Origin: Microbotryum violaceum | Lineage: Eukaryota | Reading direction: 5' to 3' | DNA length: 64,000 nt | Assembly (NCBI GenBank): GCA_001244265.2 | Contig: LN717261.1 | Location: forward strand, 930,001-994,000 | Shown: piece after piece, positions 45,845 through 64,000 of the stretch | Position numbering within the stretch: the first letter of the stretch is position 1 | Layout: each line of letters opens with the position of its first letter | Made by a program: the position numbers and the translations under genes | Notes under the pieces: generated by a model | Database searches by the model: none | Told to the model about the DNA's origin: nothing | The model's input: the letters and a program-made list of their open reading frames with translations, nothing else

Positions 45845-48800
45845 GGTTATTCGCCCATCGACCTACCGCTGGCATGGACACGTCGTCGCCCCTAACGACG
45901 GGTGCCCACCCAACAATCCCCGCCGAACAGCTCGCCGCACTTACGTCGCTGCTGTCGGGTCTCACCACTGCCACATCCGCCACGTCGTCCGGCACCTCTC
46001 GCCCGCGCCTTTCCCAAGCACGCACGCTTGGATGGGCCCAAGATGTTTGCGAGCTGGACACGCCAGCTTCGCCTCTGCCTCGCGGACGACATCCGCTCAT
46101 ACGTCCTCGACGGGATTGTGCCCGCCAACTGGACACCTTCGCACCGCTCTGCCCGCGATGTCGTGGCACGTGAGCTCCTAGCGAACTCGATCGACTCAGC
46201 TGACGTCTCGGCAGTCCTCGACCAAATCCCTACCGCCGACCTCACAGCGCCCAAAATGTACTCGACACTGAAATCGCGGTATGCTCCTGACGACGCCACT
46301 CGCACGCTCGAGCTCTTCTCCCGACTGTGGAGCTTCCGGCCCATGCCTGGCACCGTTGGCGAATTCAACGGCTGGATCATGGAGTTCAAAGCTATTGCGC
46401 AAGAAATCATCGATACGAAGACCACGATCAACGATGTTCTCGCCACACTCCTCCTCGCCATCGCTCACCCGTCCCTCGAGAGTTTCAAGGCGTCGTTCAC
46501 CGATGAACAGCGCACTCAACGATCTCTCCCTGCCATCGATTCGCTCGCCGACCGCATGCGTGTTCAACTCCGGTCCACCAACGTCCCCAGCACCCAATCG
46601 GCCCTTCTTGCCTCGTCGTCGTCACGTCCTACCCGTCCCAAGTGTCTCGCCTGTCGCAGCCCTTCGCACCGTGTGGCGGAGTGCCCTGTGAGAGCGACAC
46701 ACCCGCCGCCAGGACCCTGTCGCTCCTGCAAGCAGAATCACTGGTCTTTTGACTGCAAAAAGGCTCTCGGGAACAGCAAAAGGCCGACACGGCGAACTCG
46801 ACCGCCGACCCGCAACACCATGTGGGATGTATCGCCACCGGTCTTCTCGCTCGTCGCCGCCAGCTTTGCACCAACTCTTTTGTCGTTGACTCGGGGGCCA
46901 CCTCGCACATGGTCTCGGACAAGTCGCTGTTCACGACCTATCGCCACATCGCTCCCACAAAGATTGGAGGCATTGCAGGGGGCATCAACGCCATCGGAAC
47001 GGGAAACATCGCCTTCGTTGCCGCCTCGGGCCATCCGATCACGCTCACTGGCGTGCTGCACACTCCCGGCCTGTTCGTCAATCTCCTCTCGGTCTCTCGA
47101 CTTTGCGACTGTGAGGAATCCACTCTCCGCTCGGCTCAGGACTTAGGCGCGCGGAGCGAACCGGGCGCGGACTTAGGCGCGCGGAGCGAGCCGGGCGCCC
47201 CGGCCCAGGACTTAGGCGCACAGAGCGAGGCAGGGACTTAGGCGCGCGGAGCGAGCCTGGGCCATTGGCTCAGCCCCCAGGCTCGCTGGCTGTGGACTTG
47301 GCGCGCGCGGCTCTTTTGTTGTTAGCTTCCTATTCATCACTCTTGGCTATAACTACACCGCTGACGTAGTAGAGTTGATTGAATAGGTATGTTGAAATGG
47401 ATTCATCACTCTTGGCTATAACTACACCGCTGACGTAGTAGAGTTGATCGAATAGGTTATAAGCCCACGAGCTACCAGCCCCGCCGCTTGCGTTTTTTTC
47501 GCTCGAGCCCAGCCACTCGAGCCGCACACGTCCATCGCACCATCACATCATGGACAGCTCTCCCGCCTCGCCTTTGGCCCCAGGGATCCCAGCTCCCCTG
47601 AATCTTCGATCGGCGAACAAATCGCCACTCTACAGGCCCAGCTTGCCGCTCTGCAGGCCTTGCAACCCGCCGCCGCCGCCGCCGCCGCCGCCGCAACCCC
47701 GGCCGTCACCGCCGTGCCGGGAACGCCGCCACCGCATCCAAGGTCGTGTTTCCCAAGCACGCTCGTCTGGACGGCCCCAAGTCGTTCACCAACTGGTTGC
47801 GCCAACTCCGTCTTGCGCTTCCCAACCAGGTTCGCGGTTACGTTCTCGACGGTGTCATGCCCCCGACCTGGACCGCCGACCAGCTTGCCGCCCGTGACGA
47901 CGCCGCCCGGGAAATCATTGTTGGCTCGATCGACTCCGCCGACGTATCGGCCACCCTCGACGCCATCCCCAGCGACGACCTGTCGGCACCGCGCATCTTT
48001 GCCGCTCTCAAGGCTCGTTTTGCACCGGACGACGCTACACGCACTCTCGAGTTGTTCGCTCGCCTTTGGGACTTCAGGAAGATGCCTGCCTCCGTCGAGG
48101 CCTACGACACTTGGCTACGCGAGTACATGTCGATTGCTCAGGAAATACGCGACGCCAAAACATCGCTCAACGACGTGCTCGCCACCCACGTGCTCGCCAT
48201 GGTCCCGTCTTGCCTCGACAGCTTCCGACTCACGTTCACGGACGAGCAGCGAAACCGACGCGACCTTCCCGAACTCACGACGCTTACGGACCGCATTCGC
48301 ATCCAGCTTCGTTCGGCAGGACTCTCGCCCTCGCATTCGACCATGCTTGCCACCAGCTCCCCTGCCCCGCCTGCCGCGCTCCCGGTCACCGCCTGCGCGA
48401 CTGCACTTCACGTGCGAAGCACCCGCCCACCGGCCCCTTCCGCCGATGCCACAAGACAGGTCACTGGACACTTGACTGCAAGAACCGGGGTGAACAGGCA
48501 CGTCGCAGCGACGACACTCAGGACGACACGTCTTCCTCCGCGGCTTTGCAACCGAACGTCGGCTATTTCGCCTCCTGCCTGTTCGCTCGTCGCCAACTCC
48601 CGACTGACGCCTTTGTAGTCGATTCGGGCGCCACGACACACATGGTCGCCGACCGATCTATGTTCACGACTTATCGTCAGACGGCACACACCAAGATCGG
48701 CGGCATCGCGGGTGGCATCACGGCTATCGGCATGGGGGACGTGGCATTCGTCGCCAAGACTGGACACCCGATCACACTCCGTGGTGTTCTCCACACGCCT

Positions 48801-49991
48801 GGCCTCCACGTCAACCTCCTCTCTGTCGCTCGCCTCTGCGACACCGACCGTGTTCGCCTCGCCTTCACCAGCGATGGCATCGACATCGCCAAGGACGGCC
48901 AGGCCATCGCTCACGGTACCAGGGTCAACGATGGTCTTTACCTTTTGGACGCGGATCACACCAAGTGTCAGCATCTTGCCTTTCTCTCACGCTCTGAGTC
49001 CCCCGTGCCCCTGCTTACCCTACACCGCTGCCTCGGCCATCTTGCCCCATCCTCTATACAGAAGATGATTGCTGCAGGTTTGCTGGACGGGTTTGGGGCC
49101 GGGTACAGTGACAAAGACGTAGAAGAGTTTGTTTGCAATGCTTGCCTTGGTTCCAAAGGCCACCGTCTCCCTTTTCCTGACTCTGAGTCGCATTCCCCAA
49201 GAGACTTGGCCTCGTGCACAGCGATGTCCTGTCGTTTCCCACTCCGTCCTTGACCGGGAAGCGCTACCTTGTCACATTCCTCGACGACCACTCTCGCAAA
49301 CTCTGGGCATATGCGATCGATCACAAGAGCGACGTCTTCCCGATCTTCCAGACTTGGCTCGCCGAAGTGGAGTTAGAGACGAACGCGCGTTTGAGAATCC
49401 TTCGAACCGACAATGGCGGGGAGTATCGATCAAACGCATTTACGGAGTTCTGCAAGTCCAAGGGCATACGTCGTCAATATTCTATCCCTTACACGCCTCA
49501 GCAAAACGGTCGCGCCGAACGTGTCAACCTCTCCATCGTCGAGGGCGTCCTCGCTCTCCTTGCGGACGCCCGCCTGCCGGCCACCTTTTGGGATGAAGCG
49601 GCTGCGTATTTCGTTTATTGCAAAAACAGATGCTCACACTCAGCTTTGGCCAAACAGACTCCAGAATTCGTTTGGAACGGCCAACGCACCACCGCCACCG
49701 CCCTCCACCCGTTCGGCTGCACAGCCTGGCTCACAGTCGCCCCGGACCGTCGCAGCAAGCTCGACCCCAAGGCCGCGCGCGTGATCTTCACAGGTTATGA
49801 CCTCGCCTCCAAAGCTTTCCGTTTTTTTGACCATTCCATCAATAAGATTGTGCTTGGTCGCAATGCCACCTTCCTCGACAACGACTTCCCCGGCCTCCCA
49901 GTCACCACGGCCGTCGATGCGGACGACACCGACCGTCAGTTCGTCGTTCCCGCCGACACGCCCGCCCTGCCGTCAAGACGAGGACCCCACT

Positions 49992-50098
49992 AGTAAGGTC
50001 GGCGCACATGGACGTCTCATCCTCCCTTGATGATTCTGCCATGAGCGCCGTTGACGTGGCCCCAGGGTACACTGGCGGATCCTTACTTAATTCTACAG
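49992..50098 (+). other. Conserved structured element in the IN-RT linker (copies near 11621-11730, 16315-16421, 19786-19894, 26523-26630, 30922-31031, 52517-52624, 62517-62624)
   Basis: Nested inverted repeats AGTAAGG/CCTTACT, GGCGCACATGG/CCATGAGCGCC, TCATC/GATGA, CCAG/CTGG; near-invariant in families B and D. Confidence 0.7.
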
Positions 50099-50186
50099 AC
50101 ACTCGCTCTTCGTCGTCTCCATCGCTTTCCCCATTTTCGTCGCCGGCCACGTCCTCGGCCAGGGATCCGTCCCTCGACGACTCGGA

Positions 50187-55567
<5,381 letters not shown>

Positions 55568-55772
55568 TCGGATGACCCGCTTGATCTCCTCAGCTCCAAC
55601 ACCGCGGTTCGCCTCAACTTGATGGACTTGCATCGATCCGACGACGACACACCAGAGACGCAGGCACCCGCCGTTGACCCCGTTGGGCAGCCCTCCGATG
55701 ACGACTCCCCGATGAGATCGATTTCCTCTCTCGTCACCACCGCGCTTTCATTGCCACAGACGACGACGACCC

Positions 55773-56256
55773 TATGAAGCGCACAACTGCTCAAGCGGTG
55801 GTGAGTCTCTGATCAACGGACCAAGGAGACCAGACCAATGAAGTTGCTTTGCACACACCTGCTCAGATGCTACAGTAAGTTACCCTGGCTATCAAAGTGA
55901 GAGAGGTACTAGGAAGTGTAGTGCTCACCTGCTCAAGCGGTGGTGAGTCTCTGATCAACGGACCAAGGAGACCAGACCAATGAAGTTGCTTGAGCAGGAG
56001 AGAGAGAAGCGCGGAGCCAGTTGGCTGGGGTAGTGCGCAACCAGGTCCGTGCCCCAGTGTTAAGCGCACGGACCCAGCCTGAAGATAGAAGGAGCCAGGC
56101 AGAGCATGGCTTGGTCGTGCGCTTGATGCAGGTGCACAGACCCAGCCAGAGATGGGAGAGCAGGGTGAAGGGAAAGGCCAAAAATCACAGAAAGAATAAG
56201 GCAGAGAAAGGGTGAGACGGTGTGAGAAGGAAATACAAAGAGTTGTAACTCTTACA
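55773..56256 (-). repeat. Solo LTR of a family C relative (long form), TG...TA
   Basis: Matching TSD GACCC; TGTAAGAGTTAC...GCTTCATA. Confidence 0.92.
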
Positions 56257-56986
56257 GACCCCACCCTCGACGCCATCGAGCCCGTCAAATCGATCACTAG
56301 CGACCCCCAAACCTGGCGCGAAGCAATGTCCAGCGACGAGCACAACATCTGGGCTGAGGCTGCCGCCACCGAGTTCACCGCCATGCGCGACGACTTCGAG
56401 GTGTTCACCATCGAGCCTCGCTCATCCGTACCGCCGGGCGCCACCATCGTCACCTCCAAATTCGTCTGGAAGACCAAGCGCAACGCCAGCGGTGAAGTCA
56501 CGGGCGGAAGGCGCGTCTTGTAGCGCAGGGTAACCGACAGCGCAACGGCATCGACTTCTCAGAAACCTTCGCACCCGTCGCCCGCTTCTCCTCCATTCGC
56601 TGCCTCTTGGCTCTTGCCGCTGCCAACGGCTACCACGTTCATCAGGCCGACATCGACAAGGCTTACCTCCACGGCGAGCTCGATCATGATATCTGGATGA
56701 CGACACCACAAGGTTTCGACTTCCCGAGCGATAAGGTTCTCCGGCTGCGACGTTCAATCTACGGTCTCAAGCAGGCCGGTCGCATCTGGAATCGTCACAT
56801 TGACACATCGCTCAGGAATCTCGGGTACAAGGCAACAGGCACTGATCACTGCATTTACTCTCGCATTGACGATCAGCAGCGGCCTCACTATATCGCCTTG
56901 TATGTCGACGACCTCCTCATTGTCAGTCCCCACCTCGACGAGATCGAACGTGTCATCTGCGGCCTTGAACAGCGATACAGCGTTAA

Positions 56987-57514
<528 letters not shown>

Positions 57515-58237
57515 TAGCGGACTCCACCACTGATGCCGAGTACCTGGCCTTGTCGCACGCGGGTAAGGAAGCGATCTACCTTACCCAACTCCTCTCCGAG
57601 CTCCACGTTTCACCAATCGCTGCAGCTCACATCTTCACCGACAACGAAGCCGCGGCCGCCGTCGCTCACGACCCCGTTCGCACCTCCGGCACCCGGCACA
57701 TTCGCCTCCGCGAACATTTTGTCCGTGACATGGTCAATCGAGGTGACATCTCTCTCTCACACGTTGGCACAGCGGACATGGTTGCGGACGTATTCACCAA
57801 AGCGCTAGGCCCCAAGATTTTTGGTACACATTGCTTTGCTCTAGGCCTCCGGACGCGACATCCACGGCTCAAGTCTACCTCGCGTTCGCGTGGGGGGGGG
57901 TGTGAGGAATCCACTCTCCGCTCGGCTCAGGACTTAGGCGCGCGGAGCGAACCGGGCGTGGACTTAGGCGCGCGGAGCGTGCCGGGCGCCCCGGCCCAGG
58001 ACTTAGGCGCACAGAGCGAGGCAGGGACTTAGGCGCGCGGAGCGAGCCTGGGCCATTGGCTCAGCCCCCAGGCTCGCTGGCTGTGGACTTGGCGCGCGCG
58101 GCTCTTTTGTTGTTAGCTTCCTATTCATCACTCTTGGCTATAACTACACCGCTGACGTAGTAGAGTTGATCGAATAGGTATGTTGAAATGATTCATCACT
58201 CTTGGCTATAACTACACCGCTGACATAGTAGAGTTGA

Positions 58238-58656
<419 letters not shown>

Positions 58657-59302
58657 TGACTGGCAAACGATACCTGGTCACGTTCCTCGACGACTACTCA
58701 CGCAAACTGTGGGCCTACGCAATCGGACATAAAAGCGAAGTCTTCAGCGTGTTCAAGACTTGGCTTGCCGAGGTCGAGCTCGAGACAGGTGCAACACTGA
58801 AGGTCCTCCGAACTGACAATGGTGGCGAGTACTGCTCGAGAGCATTCACGGAGTTCTGCAAGGTGCGAGGTACGCGTCGACAATACTCTATCCCTCGCAC
58901 GCCTCAACAAAACGGTCGGGCGGAGCGGGTCAATCGTTCCATTGTTGAAGGTATTCTTGCCCTTCTGGCGGACGCCCATCTACCCAAGACATTCTGGGAG
59001 GAGGCTGCGGCTTACTTCGTTTACTGCAAGAACCTGGTTCAACACTCGGCTCTCGACAAGGCAACACCGAACTCGGTCTGGCAGGGCGGACGCACTACAG
59101 CCTCCGCGCTTCACCTGTTCGGCTGTGCGGCTTGGCTCACGGTCGCGCCCGAACTTCGCTCTAAACTCGACCCGAAAGCGGTTCGCGTTCTGTTCACCGG
59201 CTACGACTTGGCTTCCAAAGCCTTCCGCTTCTACGACACTACAACAAAGAAGGTCACCCTGGGCAGAAATGCCACCTTCCTCGACACCGAATTCCCGGGT
59301 TT

Positions 59303-60609
59303 CTTCAATCGCGCGTTTGTCTCTAATTCTACCTCGGCGAGCCAAGTCTTGAAGATTGGGAAGACATCGCTTTTGTGATCGATCGCGTATGCCCAGAGTT
59401 TACGGGAGTGGTCGTCAAGAAATGTGACAAGGTAGCGCTTCCCAGTCAAGGACGGAGTGGGAAAGGACAAGACGTCGCTGTGCACGAGACCAAGTCTCTC
59501 GGGGAATGCGACTCAGAGTCGGGAAAAGGAAGACGGTGGCCTTTGGAACCAAGGCAAGCATTGCAAACAAACTCGTCTACGTCTTTGTCACTGTACCCGG
59601 CCCCGAAACCGTCCAGCAAACCTGCAGCAATCATCTTTTGTATGGAGGATGGGCAAGATGGCCGAGGCAGCGGTGAAGGGTAAGCAGGGGCACGGGAGAC
59701 TCAGAACGTGAGAGCAAGGCAAGCTGCTGACATTGGGTGTGGTCCGCATCCAAAAGGTAGAGACTGTCGTTGACGCGAGTCCCGTGAGCGATGGCCTGGC
59801 CGTCCTTGGCAATGTCGATCCCGTCGCTGGTGAAGACGAGTCGAACGCGGTCGGTGTCGCAGAGGCAAGAGACAGAGAGAAGGTTGACGTGAAGACCAGG
59901 CGTGTGAAGAACGCCACGCAACGTGATTGGGTGTCCGGTCTTGGTAATGAACGCCACGTCCCCCATGCCAATGGCCGTGATGCCTCCTGCGATACCGCCG
60001 ACCCTGGTGTGCGCCGTCTGACGATAAGTCGTGAACAGTGAGCGATCGGCGACCATGTGTGTCGTGGCGCCCGAGTCGACGACGAAGGCGTCGGTCGGGA
60101 GATGGCGGCGAGCGAATAGGCAGGAGGCGAAATAGCCGACATTCGGTTGTTGAGCCGCCGATGAGGGTGTGTTGTCCTGGTTGTCGTTGCCGGTTCGTTT
60201 TTGGTCGCCTCGCGGTTTGCAGTCGAGGGCCCAGTGACCCTTCTTGTGGCAGCGACGGCAGGGGCCGGTGGGGGGGTGTTGAGCGCGTGAGGTGCAGTCA
60301 CGAAGGCGGTGACCGGAGGCGCGGCAGGCGGGGCATAGGGAGGCGGTAGCAAGCATGGCGAGTGCGAGGTGGAGAGTCCGGCCGAACGAAGTTGGACGCG
60401 AATGCGGTCGGTCAGCGTCGTCAGCTCGGGAAGGTCGCGTTGGTGGCGTTGCTCGTCCGTGAACGTGAGTTGGAAGCTGTCGAGGCACGATGGGACCATG
60501 GCAAGCACGTGAGTGGCGAGTACGTCGTTGAGCGAAGTTTTGGCGTCGCGAATTTCTTGTACGATGGACATGTACTTGTGCAGCCAGGTGTCGTATGCCT
60601 CGACGGAGG
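59303..60609 (-). pseudogene. Family D gag-PR-IN N-terminal fragment
   Basis: ORF 59631-60620 with Zn knuckles, [17 protein letters not shown]. Confidence 0.85.
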
Positions 60610-60700
60610 TATTCGATCAACTCTACTACGTCAGCGGTGTAGTTATAGCCAAGAGTGATAAATCCATTTCAACATACCTATTTGATCAAGTCTACTACGT
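60610..60700 (-). repeat. 3' tip of a family D LTR joined to RNase H by a deletion
   Basis: One full module, spacer and partial module; junction at ACGTC microhomology. Confidence 0.82.
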
Positions 60701-63700
60701 CCGCAACCATGTCTGCTGTGCCAACGTGTGAGAGAGAGATATCACCTCGATTGACCATGTCACGGACAAAATGCTCGCGGAGGCGAATGTGCCGGGTGCC
60801 GGAGGTGCGAACGGGGTCGTGAGCGACGGCGGCCGCGGCCTTGTTGTCGGTGAAGATGTGAGCTGCAGCGATTGGTGAAACGTGGAGCTCGGAGAGGAGT
60901 TGGGTAAGGTAGATCGCTTCCTTACCCGCGTGCGACAAGGCCAGGTACTCGGCATCAGTGGTGGAATCCGCTACCCGAGTCTGACGCTTCGACGACCAAG
61001 AGATGGCGGCGCCTGCCAAGTAAAATATGTAGCCCATCGTTGAGATGGATGTGTCGACGCAGGCGCCCCAGTTTGCATCAGAATAACCAACCACACCCGT
61101 GACTTTTGCTGGGCCGCGGGCATAGAGAAGCTCATCGTGGTACGTGGCGCAAAGGTAGCGAAGGACGTGTTTGACGGCAATCCAATGGCGGCGGCCGGGT
61201 TGTTGGCGAACCGGGACAGGTACGAGACGGCGAAGGCAATGTCGGGTCGAGTGCCAAGGGAGATGTAAAGGAGGGAGCCGATGGCCTGTAGGTACCACGT
61301 ACGAATGCGCTCCGTTCCTTGACCCGGAATTGCCGTGAGCGAGAGGCCGGGCGTCATTGGCACCGTAGTGCCGCGTGTCGTGGTGTCAAAGTGGAAACGG
61401 GCTAGCACGTCCATGATGTAGCGCTCCTGGGATAGAGCAATGGAGCCGTCGTCCAGGCGGCGGATTTGGATTCCGAGGATGTACTCCGCCGGGCCGAGTC
61501 GTTTAATGCCGTATCGCTGTTCAAGGCCGCAGATGACACATTCGATCTCGTCGAGGTGGGGACTGACAATGAGGAGGTTGTCGACATACAAGGCGATATA
61601 GTGAGGCCGCTGCTGATCGTCAATGCGAGAGTAAATGCAGTGATCAGTGCCTGTTGCCTTGTACCGAGATTCCTGAGCGATGTGTCAATGTGACGATTCC
61701 AGATGCGACCGGCCTGCTTGAGACCGTAGATTGAACGTCGCAGCCGGAGAACCTTATCGCTCGGGAAGTCGAAACCTCGTGGTGTCGTCATCCAGATATC
61801 ATGATCGAGCTCGCCGTGGAGGTAAGCCTTGTCGATGTCGGCCTGATGAACGTGGTAGCCGTTGGCAGCGGCAAGAGCCAAGAGGCAGCGAATGGAGGAG
61901 AAGCGGGCGACGGGTGCGAAGGTTTCTGAGAAGTCGATGCCGTTTCGCTGTCGGTTACCCTGCGCTACAAGACGTGCCTTCCGCCCCGTGACTTCACCGC
62001 TGGCGTTGCGCTTGGTCTTCCAGACGAATTTGGAGGTGACGATGGTGGCGCCCGGCGGTACGGATGAGCGAGGCTCGATGGTGAACACCTTGAAGTCGTC
62101 GCGCATGGCGGTGAACTCGGCGGCGGCAGCCTCAACCCAGATGTTGTGCTCGTTGCTGGACATTGCTTCGCGCCAGGTTTGGGGGTCGCTAGTGATCAAT
62201 TTGACGGGCTCGATGGCGTCGAGGGTGGGGTCGTCGTCGTCTGTGGCGATGAAAGCGCGGTGGTGACGAGAGAGGAAATTGATCTCATCGGGGGAGTCGT
62301 CATCGGAGGGCTGCCCAACGGGGTCAACGGCTGGTGCCCGCGTCCCTGGTGTGTCGTCGTCGGATCGATGCACGTCCATCAGGTTGAGGCGAACCGCGGT
62401 GTTGGAGCTGAGGAGATCAAGCGGGTCATCCGAGTCGTTGAGGGACGGATCCCTGGCCGAGGACGTGGCCGGCGACGAAAATGGGGAAAGCGATGGAGAC
62501 GACGAAGAGCGAGTGTCTGTAGAATTAAGTAAGGATCCGCCAGTGTACCCTGGGGCCACATCAACGGCGCTCATGGCAGAATCATCAAGGGAGGATGAGA
62601 CGTCCATGTGCGCCGACCTTACTAGTGGGGTCCTCGTCTTGACGGCAGGGCGGGCGTGTCGGCGGGAACGACGAACTGACGGTCGGTGTCGTCCGCATCG
62701 ACGGGCGTGGTGACTGGCAGGCCGGGGAAGTCGTTGTCGAGGAAGGTGGCATTGCGACCAAGCACAATCTTATTGATGGAATGGTCAAAAAAACGGAAAG
62801 CTTTGGAGGCGAGGTCGTAACCTGTGAAGATCACGCGCGCGGCCTTGGGGTCGAGCTTGCTGCGAAGGTCCGGGGCGACCGTGAGCCAGGCTGTGCAGCC
62901 GAACGGGTGGAGGGCGGTGGTGGTGGTGCGTTGGCCGTTCCAAACGAATTCTGGAGTCTGTTTGGCCAAAGCTGAGTGTGGGCATCTGTTTTTGCAATAA
63001 ACGAAATACGCAGCCGCTTCATCCCAAAAGGTGGCCGGCAGACGGGCGTCCGCAAGGAGAGCGAGGACGCCCTCGACAATGGAGAGGTTGACACGTTCGG
63101 TGCGACCGTTTTGCTGAGGCGTGTAAGGGATAGAATATTGACGACGTATGCCCTTGGACTTGCAGAACTCCGTAAATGCGTTTGATTGATACTCCCCGCC
63201 ATTGTCGGTTCGAAGGATTCTCAAACGCGCGTTCGTCTCTAACTCCACTTCGGCGAGCCAAGTCTGGAAGATCGGGAAGATGTTGCTCTTGTGATCGATC
63301 GCATATGCCCAGAGTTTGCGAGAGTGGTCGTCGAGGAATGTGACAAGGTAGCGCTTCCCGGTCAAGGACGGAGTGGGAAACGACAGGACATCGCTGTGCA
63401 CGAGGCCAAGTCTCTCGGGGGAATGCGACTCAGAGTCAGGAAAAGGGAGACGGTGGCCTTTGGAACCAAGGCAAGCATTGCAAACAAACTCTTCCACGTC
63501 TTTGTCACTGTACCCGGCCCCAAACCCGTCCAGCAAACCTGCAGCAATCATCTTCTGTATAGAGGATGGGGCAAGATGGCCGAGGCAGCGGTGTAGGGTA
63601 AGCAGGGGCACGGGGGACTCAGAGCGTGGGAGAAAGGCAAGATGCTGACACTTGGTGTGATCCGCGTCCAAAAGGTAAAGACCATCGTTGACCCTGGTAC

Positions 63701-64000
63701 CGTGAGCGATGGCCTGGCCGTCCTTGGCGATGTCGATGCCATCGCTGGTGAAGGCGAGGCGAACACGGTCGGTGTCGCAGAGGCGAGCGACAGAGAGGAG
63801 GTTGACGTGGAGGCCAGGCGTGTGGAGAACACCACGGAGTGTGATCGGGTGTCCAGTCTTGGCGACGAATGCCACGTCCCCCATGCCGATAGCCGTCATG
63901 CCACCCGCGATGCCGCCGATCTTGGTGTGTGCCGTCTGACGATAAGTCGTGAACAGAGATCGGTCGGCGACCATGTGTGTCGTGGCGCCCGAATCGACTA
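60701..64000 (-). CDS. Family D pol (PR-IN-RT-RNase H), runs off the window end, frameshifted
   Basis: ORFs 62622-63974, 61402-62607, 60971-61591, 60678-61298. Confidence 0.9.

Noticed and set aside
45650-45845. CRISPR-like repeat-spacer pattern
   Set aside because: Spacers are identical, the unit lies in an LTR, the context is eukaryotic and there are no cas genes
49960-49996. Programmed frameshift or stop between IN and RT in family D (ORF ends ...RRGPH* here and at 62622)
   Set aside because: Adding one C to a C-run restores the frame seen continuous in family B (29203-32184), and the third D copy has different offsets at similar C-runs. Homopolymer undercalling is more likely, though not excluded.

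Overview
The window is eukaryotic. It is about 64 kb of nested, tandem and rearranged Ty1/copia (Pseudoviridae) LTR retrotransposons, with no recognisable host gene, gypsy element or DNA transposon. High GC and short intron-like modules suggest a basidiomycete fungus (inference only). Four recent families (named A-D here, about 5.2-5.4 kb, gag-PR-IN-RT-RNaseH order, 5-bp TSDs, Ty5/copia-type half-tRNA PBS GGTTATNNGCC) and one old family (E) can be mapped by their LTRs. Main observation: in all four families the 3' end of the LTR is built from 68-74 nt units with spliceosomal intron signals. These duplicate the LTR-terminal module and are present in 0, 1, 2 or 3 exact copies. In families B and D the acceptor is formed by the non-canonical LTR end (TA) plus the first G of the PBS. 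This suggests an LTR intron that is spliced out and then regenerated during reverse transcription. Also notable are a ~105-nt structured element in the IN-RT linker that is nearly invariant between families B and D, a repeated SPD(P/E)(I/L)D(L/F)L motif at the integrase C-terminus, and PBS variants that remove the ATG. Many frameshifts look like long-read homopolymer errors.
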